Below are positions 8,883 through 18,402 of a stretch of DNA of 55,218 nucleotides, in pieces. A program made the translations under genes and the position numbers. The notes beneath the pieces are model-generated. The model made no database searches. It saw only the letters and a program-made list of their open reading frames with translations, and was not told the origin of the DNA. The number at the start of each line of letters is the position of its first letter. Positions within the stretch are counted from its first letter, which is position 1. Location of the stretch: IMG/VR virus record IMGVR_UViG_3300023179_000132, positions 1-55,218 of that record; one strand, given 5' to 3'. Origin of the DNA: a virus (taxonomy: Duplodnaviria > Caudoviricetes).

Positions 8883-10213
8883 CAGATACAGTTATTATTA
8901 GCCCCAACACCCCAGACACTGTAATAGTTGGTGCTGGATCCGGGGGGGCTAAAGGAGCTTCAGGCGTAGTTAATGTTAATAGTCCTATTGTTAACACCGG
9001 GAGTTTAACTTCTGCAATTTTAAGTCTTAATTCATCTAGTGCTAATACCCCAAGCTATGTAGTTCAGCGTGACGCTTCAGGTAATTTTTCTGCTGGGGCT
9101 ATTACTGCAAGCTTGTTAGGCAATGCTGCAACGGCCACAAAACTTGTTACTGCTAGAACTATTAATGGAACTCTTTTTGATGGCACAGCTAATATTAATG
9201 TAACTGCCGATCCAAATGCTCACGGTGGCACACATGTCTTGGGCTCTACTGATGTTAGTTATATAAATACCGGGCAAATAACTGCTGGAGTTCTTGGAGT
9301 TACTCGAGGCGGTACTGGGGTTACTACATCAACTGGCACGGGCTCTAATGTACTAAGCGACTCTCCTACGTTTACAGGCACTCTTGCACTCCCCTCTACT
9401 ACTTCTATTGGCAACGTTTCTGCCACAGAACTTGGGTATGTTGACGGAGTAACATCCTCGATCCAGAATCAGATTGATTCTAAAATTGCTAAAGCTGGTG
9501 GCACATTTACTGGCGCAGTCACCATTAGCGATGCTACTCAATCAACTAGCTACAGCACAGGCTCCCTAATTCTTTCTGGTGGTCTTGGAGTAGCTAAAAA
9601 CTTATATGTCCAAGGTAATGTAGACATTACTGGAAACATTAATATTAATGGTCAGATTACCGGTAGCTTGACCCAAATTGATGTAACTAACCTAAATGTT
9701 ACTGACTCTCTAATTTATTTAGGCAGCGGTAATCTTACCTCTGACTCTATTGACATTGGATTTTACGGTGCTTACCGACCTGCTGGTGATACTAGTGGCC
9801 ATAAGCATACTGGTCTTATTCGCGACCATAATGACAGCGGTATATGGAAGCTTGTGTCTGGAGGTCCTGAATCTGACTCAAATGATGTTGATTTTGGCAC
9901 TAATGATGCAAATGTTAATTTTGATCAATTAAAACTAAGATCATTCATAGTTACTGATGCAAGCACTACTCGTACAAATTTAGGACTAACTATTGGCACT
10001 AATGTACAGGCCTATAGTGCTGCTCTACAGGGAATTAGTGCTCTAGGTAATGGCACTGGCGTATTAAAGAATGCGGCAGGTACTTGGTCATACGATACAG
10101 CGATTTATGACACAATTGTATCTGCTACTGCGCCTGCGACAACAGCGAATGTTTTTTGGGTTGATACTGCTAGCACAAATACTATTGCAGCTATATTTGG
10201 AGGTACACCTTGA
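8879..10213 (+). CDS. fibre/whisker protein
   Basis: G/S/T-rich, with fibre motifs VQRDASGNFSAG.ITA, GNAATATKL.TARTING..FDGTANI, GVTRGGTG and TELGYVDGVTSSIQ.Q. The ATG overlaps the previous TGA. Confidence 0.8.
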   Translation: MTDTVIISPNTPDTVIVGAGSGGAKGASGVVNVNSPIVNTGSLTSAILSLNSSSANTPSYVVQRDASGNFSAGAITASLLGNAATATKLVTARTINGTLFDGTANINVTADPNAHGGTHVLGSTDVSYINTGQITAGVLGVTRGGTGVTTSTGTGSNVLSDSPTFTGTLALPSTTSIGNVSATELGYVDGVTSSIQNQIDSKIAKAGGTFTGAVTISDATQSTSYSTGSLILSGGLGVAKNLYVQGNVDITGNININGQITGSLTQIDVTNLNVTDSLIYLGSGNLTSDSIDIGFYGAYRPAGDTSGHKHTGLIRDHNDSGIWKLVSGGPESDSNDVDFGTNDANVNFDQLKLRSFIVTDASTTRTNLGLTIGTNVQAYSAALQGISALGNGTGVLKNAAGTWSYDTAIYDTIVSATAPATTANVFWVDTASTNTIAAIFGGTP

Positions 10214-10797
10214 GTTCTTTAAAATATTGGGACGGTACTCAATGGGTTTCCGTATCTGTGGATTCCTCTAACTACACTACAACTGTTCAGTCAAATCTAA
10301 CTGCGCATACCTCCCTAACTAATGCTGTGCATGGATCAACGTCTAGTGCTACACCAAATAGAATTGTACAAAGAGATGGTTCTGGAAACTTTAGTGCCGG
10401 AACTATTACAGCTACTTTTTCTGGAGGGTTAATTGAAACAATTTCAAGCCTCACAGGACCGGGTACAAATACGACACTTACTCTAGATGTTTCAACAGGT
10501 ACTACATTTACCGTAGCGTTTAATGGCGCAAATATTTCCGGGCTACTTTTTACTAACGTACCCATTGGCTCTACAACAATTACTTTAGTGTTTACTCAAG
10601 ATGGTACAGGTAATAAAAGCGTCACTTGGGGCGGAACCCAAGTTAATGGGTCAGCGGTAACTCCTAAATGGGCTGTTGGAGCCCCAGCTACTTTTTCAAC
10701 TGCAGCAAATGCAATTGACATAATTACTTTTGTAATTAATAGAACCGCCTCTACTACCGCTGTTTATGGATTTTCTGCGGGCAAGGCGTTTGCATAA
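10210..10797 (+). CDS. fibre-associated minor structural protein
   Basis: LKYWDGTQW, the shared VQRDGSGNFSAGTITA motif, and a C-terminal QDGTG..SVTW...KW..G...S.AANAIDI.TF module. Confidence 0.75.
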   Translation: MSSLKYWDGTQWVSVSVDSSNYTTTVQSNLTAHTSLTNAVHGSTSSATPNRIVQRDGSGNFSAGTITATFSGGLIETISSLTGPGTNTTLTLDVSTGTTFTVAFNGANISGLLFTNVPIGSTTITLVFTQDGTGNKSVTWGGTQVNGSAVTPKWAVGAPATFSTAANAIDIITFVINRTASTTAVYGFSAGKAFA

Positions 10798-11633
10798 TGT
10801 CCAGAAGATTAATAAATACTGCGGCCGGAACAGTGCAGTATCTAGTACTAAATACAGTGGGTTCAGGAACTTGGACAGTTCCTTCAACTATTGTTGGGAC
10901 TATTGAAGTATATGTTATTGGTGGAGGTGCTTCTGGAAATGAGGGGTACAGTCAAACTTCGCCAACTCCAACAGAAAACTACGCCGGAGCTGGTGGGGGT
11001 GCTGGGAGCGTTGTTTATCATAGTTCATATGCGGTTACTGCAGGGCAAAATATTTCTTACACTGTAGGAAATGGAGGAATTTATACGGGGTCTGCGCCAT
11101 CTGTGGCTGGAAGTAATAGTATTTTTGGAACAATAACTGCAAGAGGCGGCGGAAATCCCGGAAATACGGGAGGATCTGGCGGTGGTGGTTGGTACTACAG
11201 TACTTCTGCGACTGGACTCAGCACACTTTATTCGGCTGGGTCAGCTAATGCTGGTTCTGGAGGTACAGCCTCCTATGCAAATGCCGGCGTAACTCCCGCA
11301 GCAACTTCAGGTTCAGCAGGCGGCGGAGGTGGGGCTGGCTCGACTGGCTCTGTACGTAATGGTGGAGATGGGCTTTTATTAACTTGGCTTGACCTAACTA
11401 GTACAAATCTTGGGACATACGCTGCCGGTGGAGGAGCTGGAAGCTCTTTATCTCCGGCCGGGAACGGTGGTTCTGGAGGCGGAGGAAATGGCGGAATAGG
11501 AAACGCAAGCGGTACTGCAGGAACTACTTACGGAAGTGGTGGAGGAGGAGGAGGAAGGCCAAGTACAAACCGCCTTATCTCTACACCAGGAAATGGTTAT
11601 AAAGGCGCTATTATACTTAGGTATACGGCTTAA
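10797..11633 (+). CDS. glycine-rich-domain adhesin/fibre protein
   Basis: GTWTVP...EVYVIGGGASG...GGGG... ending G..G..IILRY, typical of the phage Gly-rich domain. Confidence 0.8.
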   Translation: MSRRLINTAAGTVQYLVLNTVGSGTWTVPSTIVGTIEVYVIGGGASGNEGYSQTSPTPTENYAGAGGGAGSVVYHSSYAVTAGQNISYTVGNGGIYTGSAPSVAGSNSIFGTITARGGGNPGNTGGSGGGGWYYSTSATGLSTLYSAGSANAGSGGTASYANAGVTPAATSGSAGGGGGAGSTGSVRNGGDGLLLTWLDLTSTNLGTYAAGGGAGSSLSPAGNGGSGGGGNGGIGNASGTAGTTYGSGGGGGGRPSTNRLISTPGNGYKGAIILRYTA

Positions 11634-11649
11634 AAGATAAGAGACTAAC

Positions 11650-12972
11650 ATGGCAGTTCAAACATTAATACAAGTTAGACAAGGCCCCGCAACTGGTGCA
11701 GGTTCTTGGGGTACAGTTAATCCGACTCTTTCTGTTGGAGAATTTGGCTATGATACTACCAATAACCTTTTAAAGATTGGTAATGGTGGTACTGTCTGGT
11801 CTGATTTACCGGCTTTGGGAGCAAACGCTGACCAGCTAACCACCGGAACTGTTGGGGTTGCCAGAGGAGGTACAGGCTCTAATACTTTTACGGCAGGTGT
11901 TTTATATTCTACTGGCGGCACTTCAGCTTTAGGTACTTTAAGCTATTCAGCTACTCCAACTGCAGCAAATAACCTAGTATTAACCGGAACTAACGGATCT
12001 ATTACTGCAGGTAGCGGCGGTTTTTCTACTTCAGGAACTGTAACTGGAACTATTTCCGCAGGTACTAGCAGCGTTACTGCTCAAACTATAAACGTAAATC
12101 AGGGATCTACCCCGGCAATTAACGTTAAAGCTGCTTCTACTTCTTTTTCAACTACTTTGCAAGCAACTTCAAGTCTTGCTGCTGCTAATACTGTTAACTT
12201 GCCTACTGGAAATGGTACATTAGCTTTAACGGCATCCCCAACATTTACTGGAACGGTATACCTGCCGACTGGAACTGCTACTGCTGCTCCTCTAGATTTC
12301 AATCCTGGAACTCTTTTATCCACTCCTATTTCTGGAGCAGTAGAATATGATGGTAAAGCATTTTATGGAACTACTGCCGGTACCAACGTAGGTGCTGCTG
12401 CGCGTGGGTATATACCAACAGAGTACTTTATTATTTCTACTAGCGACCTATCCTTTACTGCAAGCACTTCTTCTCAGGCATTATTTAATAATACTAATAC
12501 TAACGCGCCTTTTTCCAGCTCCGGAGCATACTTATCACTTCCAGTTGGAACTTACTTTTTTGAGTGTCAGTTATATATGACTACTATGTCTACATCTGCC
12601 GGTAACTTATCTTTTTACTTGCTAAACCCAGGCGGAGCTAATAGCACAGTTACAGGAACTGCTACAATCGGCTCTGCAAATATACATTCTGTTGGCTCAG
12701 ATACCTCTACTCCAAATACTGCTCAGGCGCAGGGCGGATCATTTTTTGCTGCAAGCTCTACAGGCGGCCTTAATGCGGTTACTTCAGGTGCAGGCACTTC
12801 ATTTTACGGAACTATTTCTGGAGTATTTAGAGTAACTGCTGCCGGCACAATTGTTCCTTCTTTTTCTACTCCTAATACTGGTACTTCCCCAGTACTAAAA
12901 GCTAATAGTTGGTTTAGGGTTAGATTAATTGGTTCAGAAACAGTTAGTTATGTAGGACCTTGGGGATCATAA
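11650..12972 (+). CDS. fibre protein with Mtd/hyaluronidase-type N-terminal domain
   Basis: IQVRQG...W..VNPTL.VGEFGYDTT.NLLKIGNG...WSDLP. Confidence 0.8.
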   Translation: MAVQTLIQVRQGPATGAGSWGTVNPTLSVGEFGYDTTNNLLKIGNGGTVWSDLPALGANADQLTTGTVGVARGGTGSNTFTAGVLYSTGGTSALGTLSYSATPTAANNLVLTGTNGSITAGSGGFSTSGTVTGTISAGTSSVTAQTINVNQGSTPAINVKAASTSFSTTLQATSSLAAANTVNLPTGNGTLALTASPTFTGTVYLPTGTATAAPLDFNPGTLLSTPISGAVEYDGKAFYGTTAGTNVGAAARGYIPTEYFIISTSDLSFTASTSSQALFNNTNTNAPFSSSGAYLSLPVGTYFFECQLYMTTMSTSAGNLSFYLLNPGGANSTVTGTATIGSANIHSVGSDTSTPNTAQAQGGSFFAASSTGGLNAVTSGAGTSFYGTISGVFRVTAAGTIVPSFSTPNTGTSPVLKANSWFRVRLIGSETVSYVGPWGS

Positions 12973-13091
12973 TGAATAAAAACCCTAATTGTCGCTCGGG
13001 ATGCAAGACTCAAGATCATGAATCTTATGGAGATTGTCTAAAAGATGCATCTATTGGCATAGATAAAACAAGTCTCCAGGTTAAAGGCTGA
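12972..13091 (+). CDS. 39-aa Cys/His microprotein (MNKNPNCRSGCKTQDHESYGDCLKDASIGIDKTSLQVKG), not in ORF track
   Basis: ATG overlaps the upstream TAA; C-x3-C-x4-H-x5-C is a potential metal site; fills the gap. Confidence 0.7.
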   Translation: MNKNPNCRSGCKTQDHESYGDCLKDASIGIDKTSLQVKG

Positions 13092-13116
13092 CCCAAAAAC
13101 TAAAAACCCTTACTAT
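13081..13116 (+). promoter_or_regulatory. candidate late promoter
   Basis: TTAAA-GGCT-GACC-N17-TACTAT. Confidence 0.55.
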
Positions 13117-13141
13117 TTAAGAGAGAAGAAAGGCCCATTTA

Positions 13142-13495
13142 ATGGCTACAACATATAAAGTATTAGGCCAAGTGGCTCCAACAGTAGGTACTTGGAGCCT
13201 TTTGTACACGGCTCCATCTGCAGGACCTGCGGTTGCATCTACTATTACTGTGTGTAATCAGTCTACAATTGCTGGTACTTATAGCATTGCTGTATTGGTT
13301 AATACAGGGACAAATACTACGTACACACCGTCAAATGTTAAGCAGTACATCACCTATTCTGCAACTATTGACCCTCTTACTACTACTTCTTTTACTTTAG
13401 GTCTAGCATTAGACGCCTATGATCAGATTGTAGTTCTTAGTGGTACAGCTGGAACTACCCTATCATTTAATGGTTTCGGTCTGGAAGTATCGTGA
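13142..13495 (+). CDS. small beta-sandwich structural protein
   Basis: MATTYKVLGQ.AP...LYT.P...VAST..VCNQ...LSFNGFG.E is typical of fibre-block proteins. Confidence 0.75.
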   Translation: MATTYKVLGQVAPTVGTWSLLYTAPSAGPAVASTITVCNQSTIAGTYSIAVLVNTGTNTTYTPSNVKQYITYSATIDPLTTTSFTLGLALDAYDQIVVLSGTAGTTLSFNGFGLEVS

Positions 13496-14073
13496 GCGTA
13501 AGAATAAACGGGGAATCCAACTCTAATCCTGCCTGGAAATCTTGGCAGCCGATAGTAGCGACTGATTTTGTTGGAGCAGACAACCAAGTTATTGGCGATG
13601 CTAGGTACCAGCAAATTGGTAAGACTGTTAGGTATAAATTATCTTTTAGCACTACTTTTGCAATGTCTGGAATTATTTGGGGCACTAACGCATTTCAGTT
13701 TAGCTTGCCTGTTCCAGCAAAACTAGATTCTTTTTACTCTAGTGGACTTAATATTACTTCTAGTATTGGAAATGTAAACATGGCTTTGAGTACCTCTGTG
13801 GCTCCAGATGGGTACACAAGCCTAGCTAGATCTACTTCATTTACGGGAATTGTATCCTTAAAGGGAACTAACGGATACACCGCGGGCGGTATTCCTACTT
13901 CTTCATCTGTTGGGGTTGTTCAAATTTTACGTACTAATACGTATACTGCTGGCTCTAGCACGGTCTCATATCTAACAAGAACAAACTTTACGGTTCTTCA
14001 AATGCCAAATGCCCAACAAGCTTTTGGTGTAGGAGATACCTGGATTATTACGGGAACTTACGAAGCTGCTTAG
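13492..14073 (+). CDS. fibre tip / receptor-binding-like protein
   Basis: W.SW.P...ARYQQIGKTV...FSLPVPA...ITGTYEAA pattern. Confidence 0.7.
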   Translation: MSVRINGESNSNPAWKSWQPIVATDFVGADNQVIGDARYQQIGKTVRYKLSFSTTFAMSGIIWGTNAFQFSLPVPAKLDSFYSSGLNITSSIGNVNMALSTSVAPDGYTSLARSTSFTGIVSLKGTNGYTAGGIPTSSSVGVVQILRTNTYTAGSSTVSYLTRTNFTVLQMPNAQQAFGVGDTWIITGTYEAA

Positions 14074-14081
14074 GAGCTTAA

Positions 14082-14591
14082 ATGAAAGCTGCAGAACCTG
14101 CTGGAAGGTTTGACATTAACTTTGAACGTAATTCAATCCTATCGGGTATTACTGAAGATCTAAGACGTCCCGTAGGGCAGGTAGTTCAATGGTGGCGCTG
14201 GGATAAAGTAGATACTGGAATTGATGATATCTACGATGTTGGCTCTAATGCGCTAGGTCGTAGATGGTACCCAGGCTTTGACGTTCCCTGTGTTAGTGCA
14301 GTTATTTATCAGGGAGCCACTCTTCAAGATGAGAGAGGTTTCTACAATACTGACGTTTTGAGAGTTACTCTTAATATGGCGGACGTAGAAAGACTATTTC
14401 CTACAATGCCTACCTCTCCTGACGACTTCTTGAGAGATCGCATTGTATTTAGAAATGAAGTGTTTAGGCCTACACATTTCTATCCTCGTGGTTTAATAAC
14501 AGATGAGTATACATTGTTTACTCTTGATGCTTCTCAGATTAACCCTGAAGAGTTAGTAAACGATCAACAATTTAGCCAATATTCGGCTTAG
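14082..14591 (+). CDS. head closure/stopper-like protein
   Basis: Position, size and DRIVFRNEVF beta-barrel-like segment; AGGAG RBS. Confidence 0.6.
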   Translation: MKAAEPAGRFDINFERNSILSGITEDLRRPVGQVVQWWRWDKVDTGIDDIYDVGSNALGRRWYPGFDVPCVSAVIYQGATLQDERGFYNTDVLRVTLNMADVERLFPTMPTSPDDFLRDRIVFRNEVFRPTHFYPRGLITDEYTLFTLDASQINPEELVNDQQFSQYSA

Positions 14592-14599
14592 GAGACAAG

Positions 14600-14782
14600 A
14601 TGGCAGAAAAGAAAAAAGCAGCTAAAAAGCATCCCGGATTTAAGGCTGTGCAAAAAGACATTGCTAAAAAAGAAGGCGTATCCGAAAAAGCTGCCGGAGC
14701 TATTCTGGCCGCATCTTCTCGCAAGGCTAGTGCTTCAGCTAAGAAGAAAAATCCTAATCTAAAGAAAGTTAAAGGGAAGTAA
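14600..14782 (+). CDS. small Lys/Ala-rich basic protein
   Basis: AGGAG RBS; about one third Lys. Confidence 0.8.
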   Translation: MAEKKKAAKKHPGFKAVQKDIAKKEGVSEKAAGAILAASSRKASASAKKKNPNLKKVKGK

Positions 14783-14982
14783 TGAACCCAAAAACTGCTC
14801 AAATTGATGGGGAAAAGCACGTAGCCTACAAAGCTAAAGACGGAGATATCCACGTAGATCACCCAGGTAAAAAGTCAGGAAAATACAAAGATATAAACCT
14901 AACTAAGAAATCTGGTGGTAAGGTTAAAACTACCCAGCAGGGTATTAAAGCTGCCAAGAACTGGCACAGAAAGAATGGTTAA
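14782..14982 (+). CDS. small Lys-rich basic protein
   Basis: TAATG coupling to the previous gene. Confidence 0.75.
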   Translation: MNPKTAQIDGEKHVAYKAKDGDIHVDHPGKKSGKYKDINLTKKSGGKVKTTQQGIKAAKNWHRKNG

Positions 14983-14988
14983 GAAATA

Positions 14989-15336
14989 ATGGCAATTTCA
15001 GTAGATCCAGTAACTGGAGCGATTAGCGGCTCTGAAAGCAAGCCTGGCGTAGCACTACCTGCTATTACCGGCGCTCTTAAGGTACTCAATGCTTCAACCC
15101 CAGTTATTATTACTACGGCAGGTTCCGAAGCCTACAATACTGTTACAGTAACTGTTCAGAATATTGACGGCTCAGCTACCGTATATTTAGGTGGATCCAA
15201 CGTAACTTCTAGCGCTTATGGCTATAAATTAACTGCGGGATCTTCTTACACTCTTACAGATATCCCTGTAAATTCAGAGCTTTATGCCATCTCTTCAGGT
15301 GCATCAAGCGTAGCCGTACTAACAATCTCACGATAA
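14989..15336 (+). CDS. small beta-rich structural/decoration-like protein
   Basis: VQN.DG..TVYLGGSNVT...YGYKL.AG pattern. Confidence 0.7.
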   Translation: MAISVDPVTGAISGSESKPGVALPAITGALKVLNASTPVIITTAGSEAYNTVTVTVQNIDGSATVYLGGSNVTSSAYGYKLTAGSSYTLTDIPVNSELYAISSGASSVAVLTISR

Positions 15337-15347
15337 GGACTATAAAT

Positions 15348-15512
15348 ATGTGCGCAACATGTGGCTGTGGAGCCCCAAAAAACAAGCATGGACAAAAAAC
15401 TCTAGCAGCTGCTAACAAGAAGTTTGCTAAGAAAACCGATACTAAATGTTCAAAGTGCGGTAAAGGCAAGTGCTCTTGTAAGACTAAAAAAGCTGCTCCA
15501 AAAAAGAAGTAG
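15348..15512 (+). CDS. 54-aa Cys/Lys-rich microprotein (MCATCGCG...CSKCGKGKCSC...), not in ORF track
   Basis: AAGGA RBS, open to TAG at 15512, 7 Cys. Confidence 0.75.
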   Translation: MCATCGCGAPKNKHGQKTLAAANKKFAKKTDTKCSKCGKGKCSCKTKKAAPKKK

Positions 15513-15547
15513 TTCACTAAGATTATTTATCAATTTAGTTGTACATT
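15512..15547 (+). promoter_or_regulatory. candidate late promoter of the tail operon
   Basis: GTTCA-CTAA-GATT-N17-TACATT. Confidence 0.5.
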
Positions 15548-15611
15548 CATAGAGATACCGGATTTATCCGGAACCTGCTGAAGTACTGCCCTCAAGAAGA
15601 GGAAAATTGCG

Positions 15612-15761
15612 ATGTTTATACTAGGTCAGAAATTAGCTCAGAAAGAAACTGAGGCTGATCGTAGAGAGTTTCTCCGAGGCGTGGCGGGCCTTGATAAATT
15701 TAACATTAAGTCTTTAGCAGCTGGCTGGATTGGCGCCTCACTGCTAAAGGGTAAAAAGTGA
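15612..15761 (+). CDS. 49-aa hypothetical protein (MFILGQKLAQKETEADRREFLRGVAG...), not in ORF track
   Basis: GAGGA RBS; the stop overlaps the next GTG (GTGA). Confidence 0.7.
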   Translation: MFILGQKLAQKETEADRREFLRGVAGLDKFNIKSLAAGWIGASLLKGKK

Positions 15762-16156
15762 CATCAGGTTCCAATTCAACAAGTATCCCAGGGTTAAGTA
15801 CCAAGACTCCTTTTACAGTTCTTGCCGTAAAACGGTCAGAAATCTTTGCTAATATTACTGCTGCAAAAGCTACTGCTGCTTTGCGTAGAAAAAGCGTTAT
15901 TGACTTTAACTGGCCCTCAAATATAGGCCGTAATCTTTCAGTAATGCACGATGGCGGATTTTTATACTATGTAACATGGCCTGATTCCCTAGACGGCGAT
16001 GTAGTAGATCTAGAACTAACGGGCCATAAAGATTATCCAAAAGCTAAGAAAAACGCTATCCACAAGTTTATTAATCAAGATTTAAACCCATCTGTTGTTG
16101 ATTATGATTTAAATATTGGATTAACAATAGACCAATTTGTAGTGGGGTTGTTTTAA
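15758..16156 (+). CDS. hypothetical neck/tail completion region protein
   Basis: Translationally coupled at both ends; lies before the tail terminator. Confidence 0.6.
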   Translation: MTSGSNSTSIPGLSTKTPFTVLAVKRSEIFANITAAKATAALRRKSVIDFNWPSNIGRNLSVMHDGGFLYYVTWPDSLDGDVVDLELTGHKDYPKAKKNAIHKFINQDLNPSVVDYDLNIGLTIDQFVVGLF

Positions 16157-16749
16157 TGACATTTATTATTAATGAAGACAAAGCCCTAAAAACCTTGCTA
16201 AAGGGCATTACCGTATCTGATGCTAAAAATCCGTCTCGCCCAGTAGGCGTATGGTTTGGCCAGCCTGATGTTGAAATTCGTGAGCAGTCTTACCCCTATA
16301 TCACCATTGATTTGGTTGACATTATGGAAGAAAGAGACCGTAATAATCGGGGAATTACACAACTTCCCTATACCCCAGAAGGCATGAATTCAAGTACTAA
16401 GTACAAAACTGAGCTACCAATACCCGTAGCTATTGACTATCAGGTGACTTCTTATGCCCGTCAGCCTCTGCATGATCGCGGCATTATTGCAGCCCTTTTA
16501 ACCAACATACTCCCATTTAGATTTGGGACCCTTGAGATTCCAGAAGACAAGACTATTCGTAGACTTGAGCTTCTTGGTTATACAAAAAGAGATATTACGG
16601 AGCAAGGCAAGCGCTTGTACGTAAATGTCTTTACAATAAGAGTTAGCTCCGAGATACTGCCAAGTACTCTTGTAGCGAACGCACCTACAATAACTACTGT
16701 AAATAAGACATTTACTAGTTATCCGAATACAAACGTACCTAACTCGTAA
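16156..16749 (+). CDS. tail terminator/completion protein
   Basis: YPYITIDL.DI.E...R...P.PVAIDYQVTSYAR; directly upstream of the sheath gene. Confidence 0.75.
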   Translation: MTFIINEDKALKTLLKGITVSDAKNPSRPVGVWFGQPDVEIREQSYPYITIDLVDIMEERDRNNRGITQLPYTPEGMNSSTKYKTELPIPVAIDYQVTSYARQPLHDRGIIAALLTNILPFRFGTLEIPEDKTIRRLELLGYTKRDITEQGKRLYVNVFTIRVSSEILPSTLVANAPTITTVNKTFTSYPNTNVPNS

Positions 16750-16798
16750 CACTAGCTGGCACTCTCAGATTAACCCCTATTAGCTAAGGAGCTAAATT

Positions 16799-18388
16799 AT
16801 GGCGAATTACAGCCTCGGACGTCCGGGCGTATTTATCCAAGAAAATGTTTTGCAGCAGGCAATTGATCAAAATGAATCATCAAATGCTGTTGCTGCTTTT
16901 GTTGGTTACTTGAAAAAAGGACCAACTACCCCTACTCTAATTAACTCATGGTCTGACTTTGTTAGACTTTATGGCGCATTAGATTTTGCAGTGCCTACAA
17001 GCATTGCTGTTTACCTATTTTTTGCAAATGGTGGTCGTGACGCATACATCCGCCGTGTTGTAACCTCAGCCGCAGCTGCAGCTAGCGTTACCCTTCAGAA
17101 CGCTAGCACCCAAAATACTGTTAGTGTTTCCGCTAAAAACGTTGGCGCTTGGGGCAATTCCTACGCGGTTGAAGTAAACGGAACTGCAAGTAACTTTGCC
17201 TTGACTGTGTATGGACCTCCTCTTAACAGCACTACTGCAAGCGCTACCAATCCTATTGAACAATTTACAGACCTAAGCATGACAAAGACTAGCTCACGCT
17301 ATTTCAAGTCAATCGTTAATTCTACGTCAAACTACATTACAGTTGACGATATTGGTACTTCAGGCGCTGCCGGAACTATTCCTGCAAATGACGGGCTACA
17401 TTCACTAACTAGCGGCGCTGATAGCGGTACCGTTGCTCCATCAGACTTTGTTGGTTCAAGCAAGGTATTTGAAGCAGCAGGTGCGTCTAGTGCTGATTTT
17501 GATTCAATTAGTGTTCCTCTAATCTTTAACCTTCCAGATGCTAGCTCAGCTTCTTGGGTAGAGACCACAGTAGGTTCAACGGTTAACAGCGTTATTAAGT
17601 ACGCTGAAGGACGTGGCGATGCGTTTGTTGTTGTTGATCCTTTGTCAACCAACACTACTGCAACTAACGCACTGTCTTTTGCGAACTCAGTAATGACCGT
17701 GGCTACTGTTGATGGTGGACAGTCAGCTATGTACTTCCCATGGGTAACTATTCCAGATACAAGCAAAGCTGTTCGCGGCGTTACTGTAAATGTTGCGCCA
17801 GGCGGAGCTGTAGTAGGCCTTTACCAGCAGAATGATGCTTCTAGAGGCGTATTCAAGACTCCAGCAGGATACGCTAGCCGTCTTACCGGTGTAGTTGGTC
17901 TAGCAGCAAAGCTAACCAATGCTGATTTAGACTCTCTAAATCAGGGTATTGCCGCTGGTACTTCAGGCGCTGCTTATCCAGTAAACGCTCTTAAGGTAAC
18001 CCCAGGAGCTGGTATTTGTGTAATGGGTGGAAGAACTCTTAGCAGCAATTCTGCTAACCGTTACATCAACATTCGTCGTAGCCTTATTTACTTAAAGAAG
18101 GAATTGACGGATCGTACCAACTTCGCAGTGTTTGAGAATAACGATGCGCTTTTGTGGAACAAGATCACCTCTGCGGTATCAAACTTCCTAAATATCTACT
18201 GGCAAAGCGGTGGCTTGCGTGGATCTTCTCCAGATCAAGCATTCTTTGTTAAGTGTGATTCAACCACAACCTCTGATGCGGACATTGCAAATGGCCGCGT
18301 CAATATTCAAGTCGGCGTTGCTCTAGAATACCCGGCAGAATTTGTACTAATCACTATCGGCCAGATTACCGGCGACGCGACGGTTTAA
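16799..18388 (+). CDS. contractile tail sheath protein
   Basis: RPGVFIQE, GPT.PTLINSW.DF...YG, FFANGG, RGVFKTPAG, YINIRR, FENND..LW, GVA.EYPAEF. Confidence 0.97.
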   Translation: MANYSLGRPGVFIQENVLQQAIDQNESSNAVAAFVGYLKKGPTTPTLINSWSDFVRLYGALDFAVPTSIAVYLFFANGGRDAYIRRVVTSAAAAASVTLQNASTQNTVSVSAKNVGAWGNSYAVEVNGTASNFALTVYGPPLNSTTASATNPIEQFTDLSMTKTSSRYFKSIVNSTSNYITVDDIGTSGAAGTIPANDGLHSLTSGADSGTVAPSDFVGSSKVFEAAGASSADFDSISVPLIFNLPDASSASWVETTVGSTVNSVIKYAEGRGDAFVVVDPLSTNTTATNALSFANSVMTVATVDGGQSAMYFPWVTIPDTSKAVRGVTVNVAPGGAVVGLYQQNDASRGVFKTPAGYASRLTGVVGLAAKLTNADLDSLNQGIAAGTSGAAYPVNALKVTPGAGICVMGGRTLSSNSANRYINIRRSLIYLKKELTDRTNFAVFENNDALLWNKITSAVSNFLNIYWQSGGLRGSSPDQAFFVKCDSTTTSDADIANGRVNIQVGVALEYPAEFVLITIGQITGDATV

Positions 18389-18402
18389 GGAGAACATAGA
18401 AA

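Noticed and set aside
11650-12972. Mtd-like N-terminus suggesting a diversity-generating retroelement
   Set aside because: No reverse transcriptase or template/variable repeat pair seen in the window; this N-terminal domain is a generic fibre anchor.
15657-15677. DRREFL twin-arginine (Tat)-like motif in the 49-aa ORF
   Set aside because: No proper hydrophobic h-region directly after it and no passenger domain; probably coincidental.
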